This document shows, in pieces, positions 23,813-36,745 of a DNA stretch of 64,000 bases; the first letter of the stretch is position 1, and every line of letters starts with the position of its first letter. The position numbers and the translations under genes were made by a program. The notes under the pieces are model-generated. The model made no database searches. It was not told the DNA's origin and was given only the letters and a program-made list of their open reading frames with translations. The DNA comes from Octopus sinensis (taxonomy: Eukaryota): contig NC_043013.1 of NCBI RefSeq assembly GCF_006345805.1, positions 39,060,001 to 39,124,000 on the forward strand. The letters are read 5' to 3'.

Positions 23813-24720
23813 GGTGCGTAAGATATTTGAAAACAGATTTATGATTATGAAAAAAAAACCTATATCATAACTGACAACTTTATTTATTAAAAAATTCTGT
23901 TGATAAAAATAAATCTTTTCTATAATGTTATTCAATAAAGCCACCTTCAGCTCCAACAACTGCTTCTATATGAGATTTAAATCATCTACATGCTTGAATT
24001 ATGTGGTCCTGGTTCATTTTGGACATTACTCTGACTATGGCAGCTTTCAAAGAATCTTTGGTGTTTTGGTGTGTTCCGCTCTCTCTACAATGCTCTACAT
24101 GTAATAGTCGAATGGATTGAGATCTGGGGAATTAGGACGCCAAATGTTATGTGATCATGAAAATTTTCAGCCATCCATTCCTGTGTTATTTGAACCATGT
24201 GTGATAGTGCAGATTCTTACTGAAACACATATGGCCTTCCATTGCATACTCTGTCTATCCAGGGTTTAAGAATTACTTCCAAAACCTCAGTGTAGGTGGC
24301 AGAGTTAACTCTAAGACCTTGTGGAAAGAAGTAAAGAGGCATCACATGTCCTTCATTGCTGACAACCCCTAAAACCATGACAGTTGCAGGAAATTTTATA
24401 TGCATAACACTTGGAACTTCAGAAGGGTCTGCACATAACTGCCTGTCATTTCTTCTGTTAACTTTTTGACTTTGGTTGAAGTTTTTCTCATTTGAGGAAA
24501 AACCAAATCAAATCTTCTGCTGGATTTTTCAGTTTGTTTAAGAGACTTTTAGATCTGATGTAGTGATTTTCTTTTGCTTTTTTTTTTTTTTTGACTAATT
24601 GACCTTTCCTCATCATATAAGACTTGTCTGGTGTCTTTGTGGACAACATTTCTGACTGTTCCTTCTGACACATGGAGATCTTAAGTAAGCTGAGATTCTG
24701 CCATTATTATTTTCTGAAAC
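23811..24720 (-). mobile_element. Degenerate mariner-like (maT/DD37D-type) transposase relic
   Basis: HIKFPATVMVLGVVSNEGHVMPLYFFPQGLRVNSATYTEVLEVILKPWIDRVCNGRPYVFQ; upstream RSKSLLNKLKNP...IWFF; terminal cagggtgcg near 23811. Confidence 0.85.
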
Positions 24721-24808
24721 AAAGATTATACAGAGTTAGCAAAAACTGCAGCAATGATCCAAAATAAGTATATTCTCAAATACCTTACGCATCCTCTGGG
24801 TGTGTATA

Positions 24809-24865
<57 letters not shown>

Positions 24866-25543
24866 GGTCGGCCAAAAGTTACCTGACAATAAATCAGAAC
24901 CAGTTAATTCCGAGGTATATTTATGTATAACGACTGAATGAATTTGATAAAAGCATTTAAATATGAAACATGAAAATAGTTCAAGAGGAAGTTCTTTTTG
25001 AGCGACACATTTTTCCATTTGAGTTAATGTTGAATTACAGCTAGTATTTATGGAGTTTTGATTTACTATCAGGTGACTGTTGGCCAACCCTGTATATATA
25101 TCGTTGGCGGTGAGCTGGCAGAAACGTTAGCACGCCGGGCGAAATATGTAGCCATATTTCGTCTGCCGTTACGTTCTGAGTTCAAATTCCGCTGAGGTCG
25201 ACTTTGCCTTTCATCCTTTCGGGGTCGATAAATTAAGTACCAGTTACACACTGGGGTCGATGTGATCGACTTAATCCGTGTGTCTGTCCTTGTTTGTTCC
25301 CTCTGTGTTTACCCCTTGTGGGTAATAAAGACATATGTATGTATATCGTTTAATGTCCATCCTGTCAAACTGTCCAACCCATGCCAGCATAGAAAGCGGA
25401 CATTAAATGCCGATAATGATATATGTGTCTGTGTGTGTGTGTGTATTTATATACATACACACACTCAGTGAATCTTTGTGAATTCCTAATGCAATGTTAA
25501 GTTAAAAAGTCAAGTTTAAATGTTTTTGTTATGTTCGTTACAG

Positions 25544-25830
25544 GCCCAACATTAGCCAACCAGTAAGCATGATGCAGACATCACCTGCAGCATCGACTGA
25601 AGAAGAGGATGTTGGCAAGGGAACTAACATCTCTGCAGAGGCTGTCACTGAAGTCAAAATACGTCTTGAAGAAGAAGAAGAAGACGACGACGACGACGGA
25701 GGTGGTGGTGGTGGTGGTGGTGGTGGTGGTGGTCATGTGACGATGGAGAAAAAGAGTGTTTCACCATCCAAGCCTCTCAACGTTGCTGTGGAACCATCAG
25801 AAGACGCTCACATGTCTTTGAAACTAAATG
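25544..25830 (+). CDS. HELLS: HELLS exon 2 (acidic/poly-Gly N-terminus)
   Basis: ttacag|G...AATG|gtaagt; PNISQPVSMMQTSPAA...EEEEEDDDDDG12...SLKLN; phase 1 end matches exon 3. Assigned by phase continuity only, no homology seen. Confidence 0.7.
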
Positions 25831-26620
25831 GTAAGTGGGTTTTTTTTTTTTTTTTTTTTTTGTGTCTTTTACGTTTAGAAGCTTGCTTTGCAACCAGGTT
25901 GTTCTTGGGTTCAGTGTCACTGTGCCACACCTTGTGCAAGTGTCTTCTACTATAGCTCTGGGCCAACCAGTGCTTTGTGAGTGAATCTAATTGGTGGAAG
26001 CCAATCACATGTTCATGTGTGTGTGTGTGTCTGTGCATATGTCTATACATACATGCATGTGTGTGTGTATGTATGTATATATGTGTGTCTCTTTATGTCT
26101 CTGTTTTTCACCCTCCCCCACTTCTTGACAGCTTGTGTTGGTTTGTTTACATCCCTGCAACATAGTTGTTTGGCAAAAGAAACTGACAACATACATACCA
26201 GACTTTAAATGACAATTACTGGGAGCAATTTGTTTGACTGAAATCCTTCAAGGCGGTGCCCCAGCATGGTCACAGTCTAAACCAAAACTGACTCAAAACA
26301 TTTGTTGCAGTTTAGCCCTAGGTTAGACTTGATTGAGCGGATCTTCAGTCATGACCAAGTGTCCCCTTCAGAGTCCCTCTTCTTCTTGATACTGTCTCAT
26401 TTCTATCTCTTTTATTCTCCTCTTTTACAAAACCCTGCTGCCCATGTAATGACTAGGTTTGTTCTTATTCCAGTAACCCTGCCAGCTTCTGAATCACTCT
26501 TAGGGTTTCACAGGAGTCTGATTAGCTAGGGATCTGTGCCAAGCTCCTATCTCAGCTTAGTCATAGTTTCTATGGCTGGATCCTTTCCCTAGCCCCAGCC
26601 ACTTCGTATAATGTACTAGG

Positions 26621-26877
26621 CAGGGCTGTGGAGTCAGAAACTATTATGGAGTAGGTGGAGTCCGAGTCGGTAAAACTATATCAACTCTGACTCACAATAT
26701 CTTTATTCTTTAATATAAACCAGTTATAACATATAGGCCTACTCAATGTACAAGCGTATGCATATGCCTTATTAGATATGTAGACCACAGTCACTTAATT
26801 ACATAAAGAGGAGTCAGTCAGGTGTCAACAGTAGAGGAGTTGGAGTTGAAGTTTTTTGTTTCGACTCCACATCCCTG
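26621..26877. mobile_element. hAT-like MITE
   Basis: TIRs cagggctgtggagtc / gactccacatccctg; flanks gtactagg and gcactggg (6/8 match, decayed 8-bp TSD). Confidence 0.7.
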
Positions 26878-27169
26878 GCACTGGGTGCTTTTTTTATGTG
26901 ACACCAGCAATAGTGAGGTCTCCAAGTAACTTGCAAGACAAGAACCCTCGACTGAGGTGGGAGTAATATTGAGGTCTGTGGCTTTATGCCAGATGATGAT
27001 GATCATCATTGTTTAACATCCATTTCCATGCTGGTACAGGTTGGATAGTTTGACAGGAGCTGCCCAGACTCCAGTTGTTTATTGTGGCATGGTTTCTCTG
27101 GTTGGATACCCTTCATGTGGCACCAGCACCTGAAAGGATAAGCCTCTATATTGTGGAAGACAGTGATTC

Positions 27170-27365
27170 TACTTAGCTTGATACATCTTATCAAGTGCAG
27201 TAAATTGCCACATCTCCCAGTCCATTGTCATTTCCTCAGTGAGGCCCAGCTTCCAAAGATCCCTTCTCACCACTTCATCTCTCATCTTCCTGAGTTTACC
27301 CTTTCTACAGGTACCCTCCAAAATTAGAACTTGACACTTCTTAATGCAGTTGTCCTCATCCATAC
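27170..27365 (-). mobile_element. RTE LINE C-terminal fragment
   Basis: RMDEDNCIKKCQVLILEGTCRKGKLRKMRDEVVRRDL, similar to the RTE C-terminus at 47110-47320. Confidence 0.75.
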
Positions 27366-27593
27366 GCAAGTAGGCGTGATGAGAGGTTAAAGTATGATAG
27401 AGGAACCAGAATGCTTGTTTCTCTGTAGAAGAGATACATGGCTACCTCTGTTGGAAAAGGAGAGAAGATGGTGAAAGGGCATCAGGGTGTACCCTTAAGT
27501 TGCAGGAAGGCTACTGCAGTTGAAGAGGGGTGTTACGGGTAAATGAATTCAGGTGGCCTAGAGGATTGAAATAGATGATTGGGGTACTTTTAT

Positions 27594-27795
27594 TTAACCC
27601 TTTGGCATTCAGATTATTCTGATGAATATAAGAATTAATCAATTGTCTCGTAGCTTCAAGATTTCAATGATGTGTTTGTTTATTTTTAGAATGACATTGT
27701 AGTCTCACTGTAAGTGGCAGGATTTGGCCAGTTCGAACATAAGACAAGTTGAATATTTGGAACGGATATGGGTGGTTTAAATGCTAAAGGGTTAA
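27594..27795. mobile_element. piggyBac-type MITE (TTAA-CCCTTT...AAAGGG-TTAA)
   Basis: Inverted termini with TTAA; related copy at 50943-51170, fragments near 28200-28290, 32230-32380, 61560-62335. Confidence 0.75.
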
Positions 27796-28404
27796 AATGT
27801 CTTCTTGCATGAAGTACATTAATCCTTCACCCTGTCAAATGTAATATTTATTTATTCGCAGTGTTTTGAATTAATCCTGCATTATTTCGTAGCTTTAAGA
27901 TTTCAAAGATGTGATTGTTTAGTTTTAGACTGACAAGTTTTAGACTGCCGGTGGCACGTAAAAAGCACCAACCGATCGTGGCCGTTGCTAGCCTCCTCTG
28001 GCACCTGTGCCAGTGGCACATAAGCACCCACTACACTCACGGAGTGGTTGGCGTTAGGAAGGGCATCCAGCTGTAGAAACACTGCCAGATCAGACTGGCC
28101 TGGTGCAGCCTTCAGGCTTCCCAGACCCCAGTTGAACCGTCCAACCCATGCTAGCATGGAAAATGGACGTTAAACGATGATGATGAATGTAGGGAAGGTG
28201 TGAGAGGCCAGATGTGGGTGGGTTGAACATAAAACAGGTAGAACAAGTTTGTCAGACATGACTGCTTTAAATGCTAAAGGGTTACTGTCTACTTTTCTAT
28301 CAAGGGTTCATACAGCAGACGTCCCTAGTTTTGTTTTTTGCTGTTGTTGTTGTTGTCGTTCTTCCCTGTATTGCTTCAGTTTTTTTTTTTTTTTTTAATT
28401 GAAG

Positions 28405-28535
28405 GAACTACTGACTGTGATAATGATAACACATCCAACAGTATTGAAGATAAAATTTCGCCAAAGAAAGAAATCGAATGTCCTTTGACTGATGGAAGTG
28501 ATATGGCATCTGAAAAAAATCCCCAAGAAAAAACG
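28405..28535 (+). CDS. HELLS: HELLS exon 3
   Basis: poly-T...gaag|GA...ACG|gtgagt; TTDCDNDNTSNSIEDKISPKKEIECPLTDGSDMASEKNPQEKT; phases 1 to 0 consistent. Confidence 0.75.
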
Positions 28536-28976
28536 GTGAGTTTTAAATGTTCTTCATTGTTTCTGCCTCAGTAATTTCAATGGCTAAATACATTGATAAT
28601 CATTATCTTCATCATTTAACGTCCACTTTCCTGTGCACACTTGAATTGGACAGGATTTGTTGAGCTGAATTTTCTACGGCTGGATGTTCTTCCTGTTGCC
28701 AACCCTCAGCTGTTGCCAGTTGAGGTAATATTTACTTTTGGTTAAGCATGTTTTTCATGAAAGATTGTGCATGAAAGAGATGCACATATTGTCAGCCACT
28801 AAGGGACATGCTCAGCTGGTTATGGTTAAGCAACTGACAAGCAAATCTGTGGTACTGAGTAGAATATTTGCTGTAGCCCATCTTTTATACCAAGACAAAA
28901 CAATGTACATGATAATACTTCCAATCAGTTAAGATCAGAAGCCATGAGAGCCACTGTCTGGTACTGCATCAGAGCA

Positions 28977-29021
<45 letters not shown>

Positions 29022-29049
29022 ATTATTATCATCATCATCATCATTATAG

Positions 29050-29178
29050 GTGAAAGAGACTGAGACTAAAGAGACAAACACATCAGTGATGATAACTGCT
29101 GACATGATGAAGGAAGAACAGCTGCTGCAGCAGGATTCAATTGAGGCAGAGCAGAAGCTGAAGGAAGAACAGGAAGAG
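29050..29178 (+). CDS. HELLS: HELLS exon 4
   Basis: tatag|GTG...GAG|gtgagt; VMITADMMKEEQLLQQDSIEAEQKLKEEQEE resembles the vertebrate HELLS N-terminal coiled coil (VITPAMLEEEEQLE). Confidence 0.9.
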
Positions 29179-29711
29179 GTGAGTGGCATTGTTGACCCTT
29201 GGTTATATTGCATTGAGGATGGTGTATCAGTTTAATAATACATCGTTGTAGTAAATTGGTGTGGCTATGAAAGCAAATGAAATCCATCATGTGTGTGTAG
29301 ACAAATACGTGATTTATATTTGTGTGTGCGTGTGTGTTTATCTATGAGTGTATATGTATGAATGTGTGTGTGTACATAAGACCAGCAAAGCTTCAGAGTC
29401 ACTGTTGTTCCTTCATCTTGTGAAAATAAACACCATACTCTATGTATTGATTGCTGCTTCAGTTGTGGCTTGGTTGTTTTTTTATGTATCATCATCATCA
29501 TCATCATTGTTTAACATCTGCTTTCCATGCTAGCATGGGTTGGACGATTTGACTGAGGACTGGCGAACCAGATGGCTGCACCAAGCTCCAATCTGATCTG
29601 GCAGAGTTTGTACAGCTGGATGCCTTTCGTAACGTCAACCACTCCAAGAGTGTAGTGGGTGCTTTTACATGCCACCGGCATGAGGGCCAATGTTTATACA
29701 TAAAACACATG

Positions 29712-29743
<32 letters not shown>

Positions 29744-29969
29744 TTCAGTTCTTCGGTTTTTTCTGTAGCGAGTAAATTATATGTGGAAACTGACGATTTA
29801 ATAGTCTGTTATCAGCATATTGGCATTGAAATAATTTTCTTTAGCCCTTACTTATAAGTTGTGTGTATATATATATATACTCATACACAAGTGTGTGGTG
29901 GAGAAAGAAATAGATTCTGTTGCAATCGTGTGGCCAAAATCAACTTAAAAAAATATAATTATCTTTTAG

Positions 29970-30158
29970 TGCTGGAGTCAAATGAATGAGATGGCTCGGA
30001 AGGTGAGGTACCAGCGTTTACAGATTCTCCTGGACAAAAGCAATGCTTACACACAATATCTTTTGGGGCGCATCAAGAAACAAGAGAAAGAAGAGGAACA
30101 CAGAAGAAAGATGGTGGCCAAATTGATTCAGAAACGCCACAGAGAGAAGGCTCAACGG
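29970..30158 (+). CDS. HELLS: HELLS exon 5
   Basis: ttttag|TGC...CGG|gtaaga; RYQRLQILLDKSNAYTQYLL matches HELLS [20 protein letters not shown]. Confidence 0.95.
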
Positions 30159-31267
30159 GTAAGAGACCTTTAATTTTAGGCGCAGTCAGATCTATATTTT
30201 ATATTCAGCAAGGGTAATTGAAATCCTATTAGAATCATTAGCACGCCGGGCGAAATGCTTGGCAGTATTTCATCTGCCGTTACGTTCTGAGTTCAAATCC
30301 CACCGAGGTCGACTTTCAGGGTCGATAAATTAAGAACCAGTTACGCACTGGGGTCGATGTAATCGACTTAATACCTTTGTCTGTCCTTGTTTGTCCCCTC
30401 TATGTTTAGCCCCTTGTGGGCAATAAAGAAATAAGTATCGGTTTCAAAGGCGGCGAGTTGGCAGAAATGTTAGCACGCCGGGCGAAATGCATAGCTGTAT
30501 TTCGTCTGTCGTTACGTTCCGAGTTCAAATTCCGCCAAGGTCGGCTTTACCTTTCATCCATTCAGGATCGATAAATTAAGTACCATTTACGCACTGGGGG
30601 TTGATGTAATCGACTTAATTCCTTTGTCTGTCTTTGTTTGTCCCCTCTGTGTTTAGCCCCTTGTGGGTAGTAAAGAAATATATATATAAATTAACTTGAC
30701 ATGGATTCCTTGTTAGAACAGTGTAGTGTGGTTGTCATAAACCTCACTAAGATTTTGGTGCTGCTTTAAATTATATTCTGCCATGGAAAAAAAAAAAAAA
30801 AGAACATTAACCACGAATGCAAATGCACACAGGTTTATGTGGGATTGTAAAAACAGTTCTCAATCCTTTACTTATATATGACTACACAAATGTATGTGGT
30901 GTTGGAAAAGTAATTATTAGCCGTAAGCTTATTTGTGGTGCGGAGGGCATTAAAAACTGTTACTACTCACAGGTCTATGTGAGGTTGTAAAGAGCAGTTA
31001 TTATCCGCAGGCTTATGTGGTGTTGCTGTGGGGGAGTTGGCGGTCATAATCACATGAGATATCAAATAATTAATTTTAATTAAAACTTAACCAGAACAGC
31101 CATCTTGAGCAGTTGAGATGCTTTTAATCTTCCTATTTAAAATGTATTTTTGTAGGTTATGGCTAAAATTCAAAAACTTATCTGCTTTATATAGTGTGTG
31201 AGTTCTCAGGCTGGTACCCTTTTTTTTTTGTTTTCTGTAAAATTTCAAACTTGTTCCCTTTTTGTAG

Positions 31268-31322
31268 GTGAATGGTCCAAATGCTAAGGAACCAGAGGAA
31301 GAAAGTGAAGTCAATGAAAGTG
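31268..31322 (+). CDS. HELLS: HELLS exon 6
   Basis: ttgtag|GTG...G|gtaaga; VNGPNAKEPEEESEVNES; phase 0 to 1. Confidence 0.75.
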
Positions 31323-32744
31323 GTAAGAATATATTTCTTTTTAAATTGAATAAATTTGTCGAAGAAGAAGGTGTAAGGCCCCTGATGTTTGCAGGTCATC
31401 CCAGACTGATGTGGTTGGTACTGCAGCCTGAACACCATCTTTTACTTGTTTCAGTCTTTAGATGGCACTCATGCTGGGGCACCAGCATCATCATTTAGCA
31501 CCCATCTTCTTTGCATGCATGGATAGGACAGTTCACATGAGCTGGCCAGGTAGAAAAACTACCCTAGGCTTACTGTGTTGGTTTTGGCAGGGTTTTTACG
31601 GCTAGATGCCCCTGCTAACACCAGCCGCTCTGTAGAGTGGACTCGGTGCTTTTTTTGTGACGCTAGCATAGGTGAGGAGGGATAGTTTCGGCGTTGTTTT
31701 TACAGCTGTATGCCCTTCCAAATGCTAACCACTCTACAATGGTTTTTTACATGGCATCTAGATAATTTTTTGTCAAATAAATCATTTCCAGTACTTATGC
31801 TATCGGCTCCATTTGCTGAACTGCTAAGTCACGAGGATATAACTACACCAACACCAGCTGTCAAGCAGTGGTGGGATACAAAGACAGACAGACACACGTT
31901 ATATATATATACTCTTTACTCTTTTATTTGTCACATGGTTCCGGGTTCAGTCCCACTGTGTGGCACGTTGGGCAAGTGTGAGTGGATTTGGTAGACGGAA
32001 ATGAAAGAAGCTCATTGTATATATGTATGTGTGTGTCTGTGTTTGTCCCCCCAACATTGCTTGACAACGGATGGTGGTATGTGTCCGTTCCCATCACCTA
32101 GCGGTTCGGCAAAAGAGACTGATAGAATAAGTACTAGGGTTCCAAAGAATAAGTCCTGGGGTCGATTTGCTTGACTAAAGGCGGTACTCCAGCTTGGCCA
32201 CAGTCACATGACTGAAACAAGTAAAAGAGTATCTTGTAACTTTGAGATTTTGATGAAGTAAATTGTTAATTTCTTAGAATGAGATTGTAAGGTTGGTGTT
32301 AAAACCAGACCTGACCAGTTTGGACATAAAACAGGTGGAATATTTTGGCCGCATATGGCTGGTTTAAATTGCTAAAAGGTTAATGTCCACTCTTTCATAC
32401 TTAGATGGGTCAGACAGAGTTTGTTGAGGTTTGAGATCTTTAAAATATATCATTTGCACATTGCAGTGTTTGAAGCAAATTAGAGAACTCCAAATATGTA
32501 AACTGATAAATGCAGGCATGTTAAGAAGTTTACTTGGTTCCATATTCAGTCTACTGTGTGATATCTTGGGCATGTAGTTTCTGCTATAGCCCTGGACTGT
32601 CCAAAGCCTTGTGAATAGATGTAGTAGGGAGAAATTGTATGGAAGCCCATTTTGTGTGTGTAAATGCTAAAGTGTGACACTATCAATATAGGAATGGTAA
32701 TTGTTAATTTAAACTGATTTAGAGTAAATAAATGTAGTTATTTG

Positions 32745-33145
32745 GAGAAGGAGTGGCTGTGTGGTAAGTAGCTTGCTAACCAACCACATGGTTCCAGGTT
32801 CAGTCCCACAGCGTGGCATCTTGGGCAAGTGTCTTCTGCTATAGCCCCGGGCCGACCAATGCCTTGTGAGTGGATTTGGTAGACGGAAACTGAAAGAAGC
32901 CTGTTGTATATATATATGTATATATGTTTGTGTGTTTGTGTGTCTGTGTTTGGCCCCCCTAGCATTGCTTGACAACCGATGCTGGTATGTTTATGTCCCC
33001 GTTACTTAGCGGTTCGGCAAAAGAGACTGATAGAATAAGTACTGGGCTTACAAAAGAATAAATCCCAGGGTCGAGTTGCTCGATTAAAAAGGCGGTGCTC
33101 CAGCATGGCCACAGTCAAATGACTGAAACAAGTAAAAGAGTAAAA
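32745..33145 (+). mobile_element. SINE family A, full length
   Basis: Complete match to the family A consensus. Confidence 0.88.
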
Positions 33146-33277
33146 GAGAGAGAGTTCAGTACTATTTCTCCCACAGGGTTTGAACCTATGGATGGACCAG
33201 ACTTTAGTCTTATAACTGTCGTTACTAATTACTGTACCAACATGATATTGTATCAGCTTTTACTTTCTTGTTTCTAG

Positions 33278-33333
33278 ACACCAATTCTACATCTGCAAAG
33301 AAAAGGTTGGCTGGTAGTCCAGATCAGAATAAA
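33278..33333 (+). CDS. HELLS: HELLS exon 7
   Basis: ttctag|AC...AAA|gtaagt; DTNSTSAKKRLAGSPDQNK; phase 1 to 0. Confidence 0.75.
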
Positions 33334-33839
33334 GTAAGTATGGTTGCTTTGCATTTGTTTTCCTTCTCCAAATTAGTTTGAAGTGTTTTGTCTATTACGT
33401 TCAGCATATCACCTCTTATTGATCCAATTTCATGCTATTATCTTATTATTTCCTTTATCTCATTTCATCTTTTAATTAATTATGCAAATTATATTACCTA
33501 AAAATTATTTGTAACTCAATTATCTAACAGTCTGTCAGTAAGCTTGAGTACTTCATGTGTTGCTGTTGAGGTCTAATAGGCTGAAACATGTCAATAGTTG
33601 TGTCTCTTACCTGCAGGCAATGACCAGATTTTCTTCTAAGCATATAAATTTACTTAAGATGAATTCTGAATTACTTTTCTTTGAAAGAGTTGCTAACAAA
33701 AGCTGCTACTTTTTTGTTTTAATCTTTTTTTCCAATTAAGAGACAATTCAGTTAATGAATTTTTTTTTTGTCAAACAAAATTCGTTATATTACTAATTTA
33801 TTTGTAATTTGGCCACCTTGAAATAGAGAACATATACAT

Positions 33840-34335
33840 ACATCATCATCATCATCATCATCATCATCGTTTAACGTCCGCTTTCCATGCTAGCATGGGT
33901 TGGACGGTTCAACTGGGGTCTGGCAAGCCCGAAGGCTGCACCAGGCCAGTCAGATCTGGCAGTGTTTCTACAGCTGGATGCCCTTCCTAACGCCAACCAC
34001 TCCGAGAGTGTAGTGGGTGATTTTATGTGCCACCGACACAGGTGCCAGACGAGGCTGGCAGACGGCCACGCTCGGATGGTGTTTTTTATGTGCCACCGAC
34101 ACAGGTGCCAGACGAGGCTGGCAGACGGCCACGCTCGGATGGTGTTTTTTATGTGCCACCGACACAGGTGCCAGACGAGGCTGGCTGACGGCCACGCTCG
34201 GATGGTGTTTTCTTATGTGTCACCGACACAGGTGCCAGACGAGGCTGGCGGACGGCCATGCTCGGATGGTGTTTGTTACGTGCCCTCAGCACGGAGGCCA
34301 GTCGTTGCGGTACTGGCTACGGGAGCAATATTACC
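33840..34335 (-). mobile_element. RTE LINE 3' end with internal ~62-bp tandem array and (GAT)n tail
   Basis: Near-identical reverse complement of 47540-48088. Shorter tail-only copies at about 27945-28185, 29495-29690, 40325-40760, 58320-58800, 61070-61290. Confidence 0.88.
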
Positions 34336-35018
34336 ATTTGAAAGCTCAAAATTGAATTGATTTTTTTGTGGGGCTGATGAAGATTTGGTGAGCTTCTGTC
34401 TGTTTTCCATTTGTTTGTGCATTTATTGTATGTTTTTAAACTTATACACACACACGTACATGGTACTGTGAAGGGTATCTAGCTGTAGAAATGATGCCAA
34501 AAGACATAGTTCTCTGGTCCATTGGCTCCTGTCAAACTGTCCAGTCCATGCCAGCAAAGAAGATGGATGGTAAATGGTGACACATACACACACATAATAT
34601 GTGTGTATAGATTGGGTACTGGATTGGGTCCACTTGCTTTCCATTTTCCAAAGGTTGATAAAATAAGTACTGGAGTTGATGGGGTTTAAGTTATTATTGG
34701 CGTAGCCTAGGAGATATGACCTTGATTGTTAAGTTCATTTTAGAATCATAGTTAAAGGTTTGTTTTCCACTGCCGGTGTTGTCTTCTACGGCTGCAGGCT
34801 GACCATTGCCATGTGAAGGAAATTTAAATGACAGAAGCTGCAACAAAACTGTCATAGATGTATATATGTGCATGAATGTGTGTGTGTGTTGCTGTTGGTG
34901 TTTCCTTACATGCTGAGTGAAAATAGTCATTCATTGACATGGTGTCATTTGATTACAACCCTCTGTGAGAACATGTCTGGTCCTGAGCTATTTCTTGCTC
35001 AAAGGATTAAGGGAAATA

Positions 35019-35181
35019 CAGGGTGTCCACAAAAACACTACCAGCTGTGACGCTTTGGTTTGGTGGCCATCTTTAATTTCCTTGTGATCACGTTGAAGAT
35101 GGTAAGTCACCTGAAAATAAAATTTTAAAATATTATTGTTAGGGTATGTCGTGATATCGGAGTATTTTTCTGGACACCCTG
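35019..35181. mobile_element. Tc1/mariner MITE
   Basis: TA|cagggtgtccacaaaaa ... tttttctggacaccctg|TA. Confidence 0.88.
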
Positions 35182-35787
35182 TATTATCATATCTGGAAAT
35201 AGGGAATGGTTAGCAACAAGAGAATCATAGACAATCTATTTCAGAAAGTTTGGAAAACAACAATGATATCTCTCTCTCTCTATGTAGCATTGAGGTAGAT
35301 TTTCTACAACTGAATGCCTTTTCTGTTGCCAAACCTCACCTGTTTACATTGCGTGGTAATATTTTTGCCATGGCCAGACATTTTTTTCACAGAAGATTGT
35401 AAACAAAAGACACCACTTGTATATATTGGCAACATTAAGTTTACACACAGTGTCAAGACAAGGTAACAAACATATATGTATACAAGAGGCTTCCTTCAGT
35501 TTCTGTCTATGAAATCTATTCACAAGGTTTTTTGATGGCCCCCAAGAAGATATTAGCTCAAGGTGCCATGCATTGGAACTGAACCCAAAACCACATGGTT
35601 AGGAAATGAACTTCTTAACTTCATAACTATACCACCATTGAAAAGGTTACCTTTATCTTCTCAAGTATGAGGGTCTACTCAGACTCTTATTATATCCTAT
35701 TAACATTGCATCTATTTTTTTTTTTTCACTTTATTCTTAATATTCATTTTTTCTTTACATTTTTCCCCCCCCACTTCTTTCCGGCAG

Positions 35788-35904
35788 GATGCCAAAAAAC
35801 CGAAATTATCTGATACTGCAGAATCTTGTAGCAGTGATGCCACTATTGACCAAGTTATCAAAACTGAAGATGAGACTACAGATGATATTTCAAAGATGGA
35901 CATG
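35788..35904 (+). CDS. HELLS: HELLS exon 8
   Basis: ccggcag|GAT...ATG|gtgagt; DAKKPKLSDTAESC...SKMDM; 39 codons. Confidence 0.8.
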
Positions 35905-36167
35905 GTGAGTTTGTTGTGCGTGCTTTTTTTCCCTTTATATATAATACGGAAAAAAACAAATTTTAAATGATAATTAAAATGATTATTTAAAAGGTGCAGG
36001 AGTGATGTGCAGTGGTAAGAAGCTTGCTTCCCAATCACGTGGCTCCAAGCTCAGTCCCACTGTGTGACCCCTTAGGCAAGTGACTTCTGCTATAACCTCA
36101 GGCTGACTTAAAGCCTTGTGAGTGGATTTGGTACTTAGATACACAGGGAGGTTGAAAGAACCCTGTC

Positions 36168-36201
<34 letters not shown>

Positions 36202-36329
36202 GAAATTTACAGAAAAACAAAAAGACGAAGACAGGTGTATAAACAACAAGCTGGTGTATTAGATGCTTGGGAAGGTGAGAAAGTCTTTTATGTTTTGTGC
36301 CTACGCTCTTAAACAGAAAAGAAGATGAG

Positions 36330-36487
36330 GAAGAGTGGCTGTGTGGTAAGTAGCTTGCTTACCAACCTCATGGTTCTGGGTTCAGTCCCACAGCGTGGCA
36401 CCTTAGACAAGTGTCTTCTACTATAGCCTCGGGCCAACCAAAGCCTTGTGAGTGGATTTGGTAGATGGAAACTGAAAGAAACCCATC

Positions 36488-36522
<35 letters not shown>

Positions 36523-36745
36523 AATATATGTATGTATGTATGTGTGTGTATATGTTTAGTGTGTCTGTGTCTGTCCCCCCAACATCACTTGACAACTGAT
36601 GCTGGTGTTTACATCCCCGTAACATATCGGTTCGGCAAAAGAGACCGATAGAATAAGTAATAGGCTTACAAAGAATAAGTCCTAGGGTCGATTTGCTTGA
36701 CTAAAGGCGGTACTCCAGCATGGCCACAAGTAAAAGAGAGAGAGA
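36330..36745 (+). mobile_element. SINE family A, full length
   Basis: Complete match to the family A consensus. Confidence 0.87.

Noticed and set aside
33887-34360. Repetitive Cys/His-rich ORFs (also 47356-48062, 61149-61907)
   Set aside because: Translations of the RTE 3' UTR tandem array, open in several frames.
36221-36322. Fourth hammerhead-like fold on the minus strand (cttttctgtttaagagcgtaggcacaaaacataaaag)
   Set aside because: The layout is suggestive but both core halves and stem II are mismatched in this single copy; cannot be supported without other copies.
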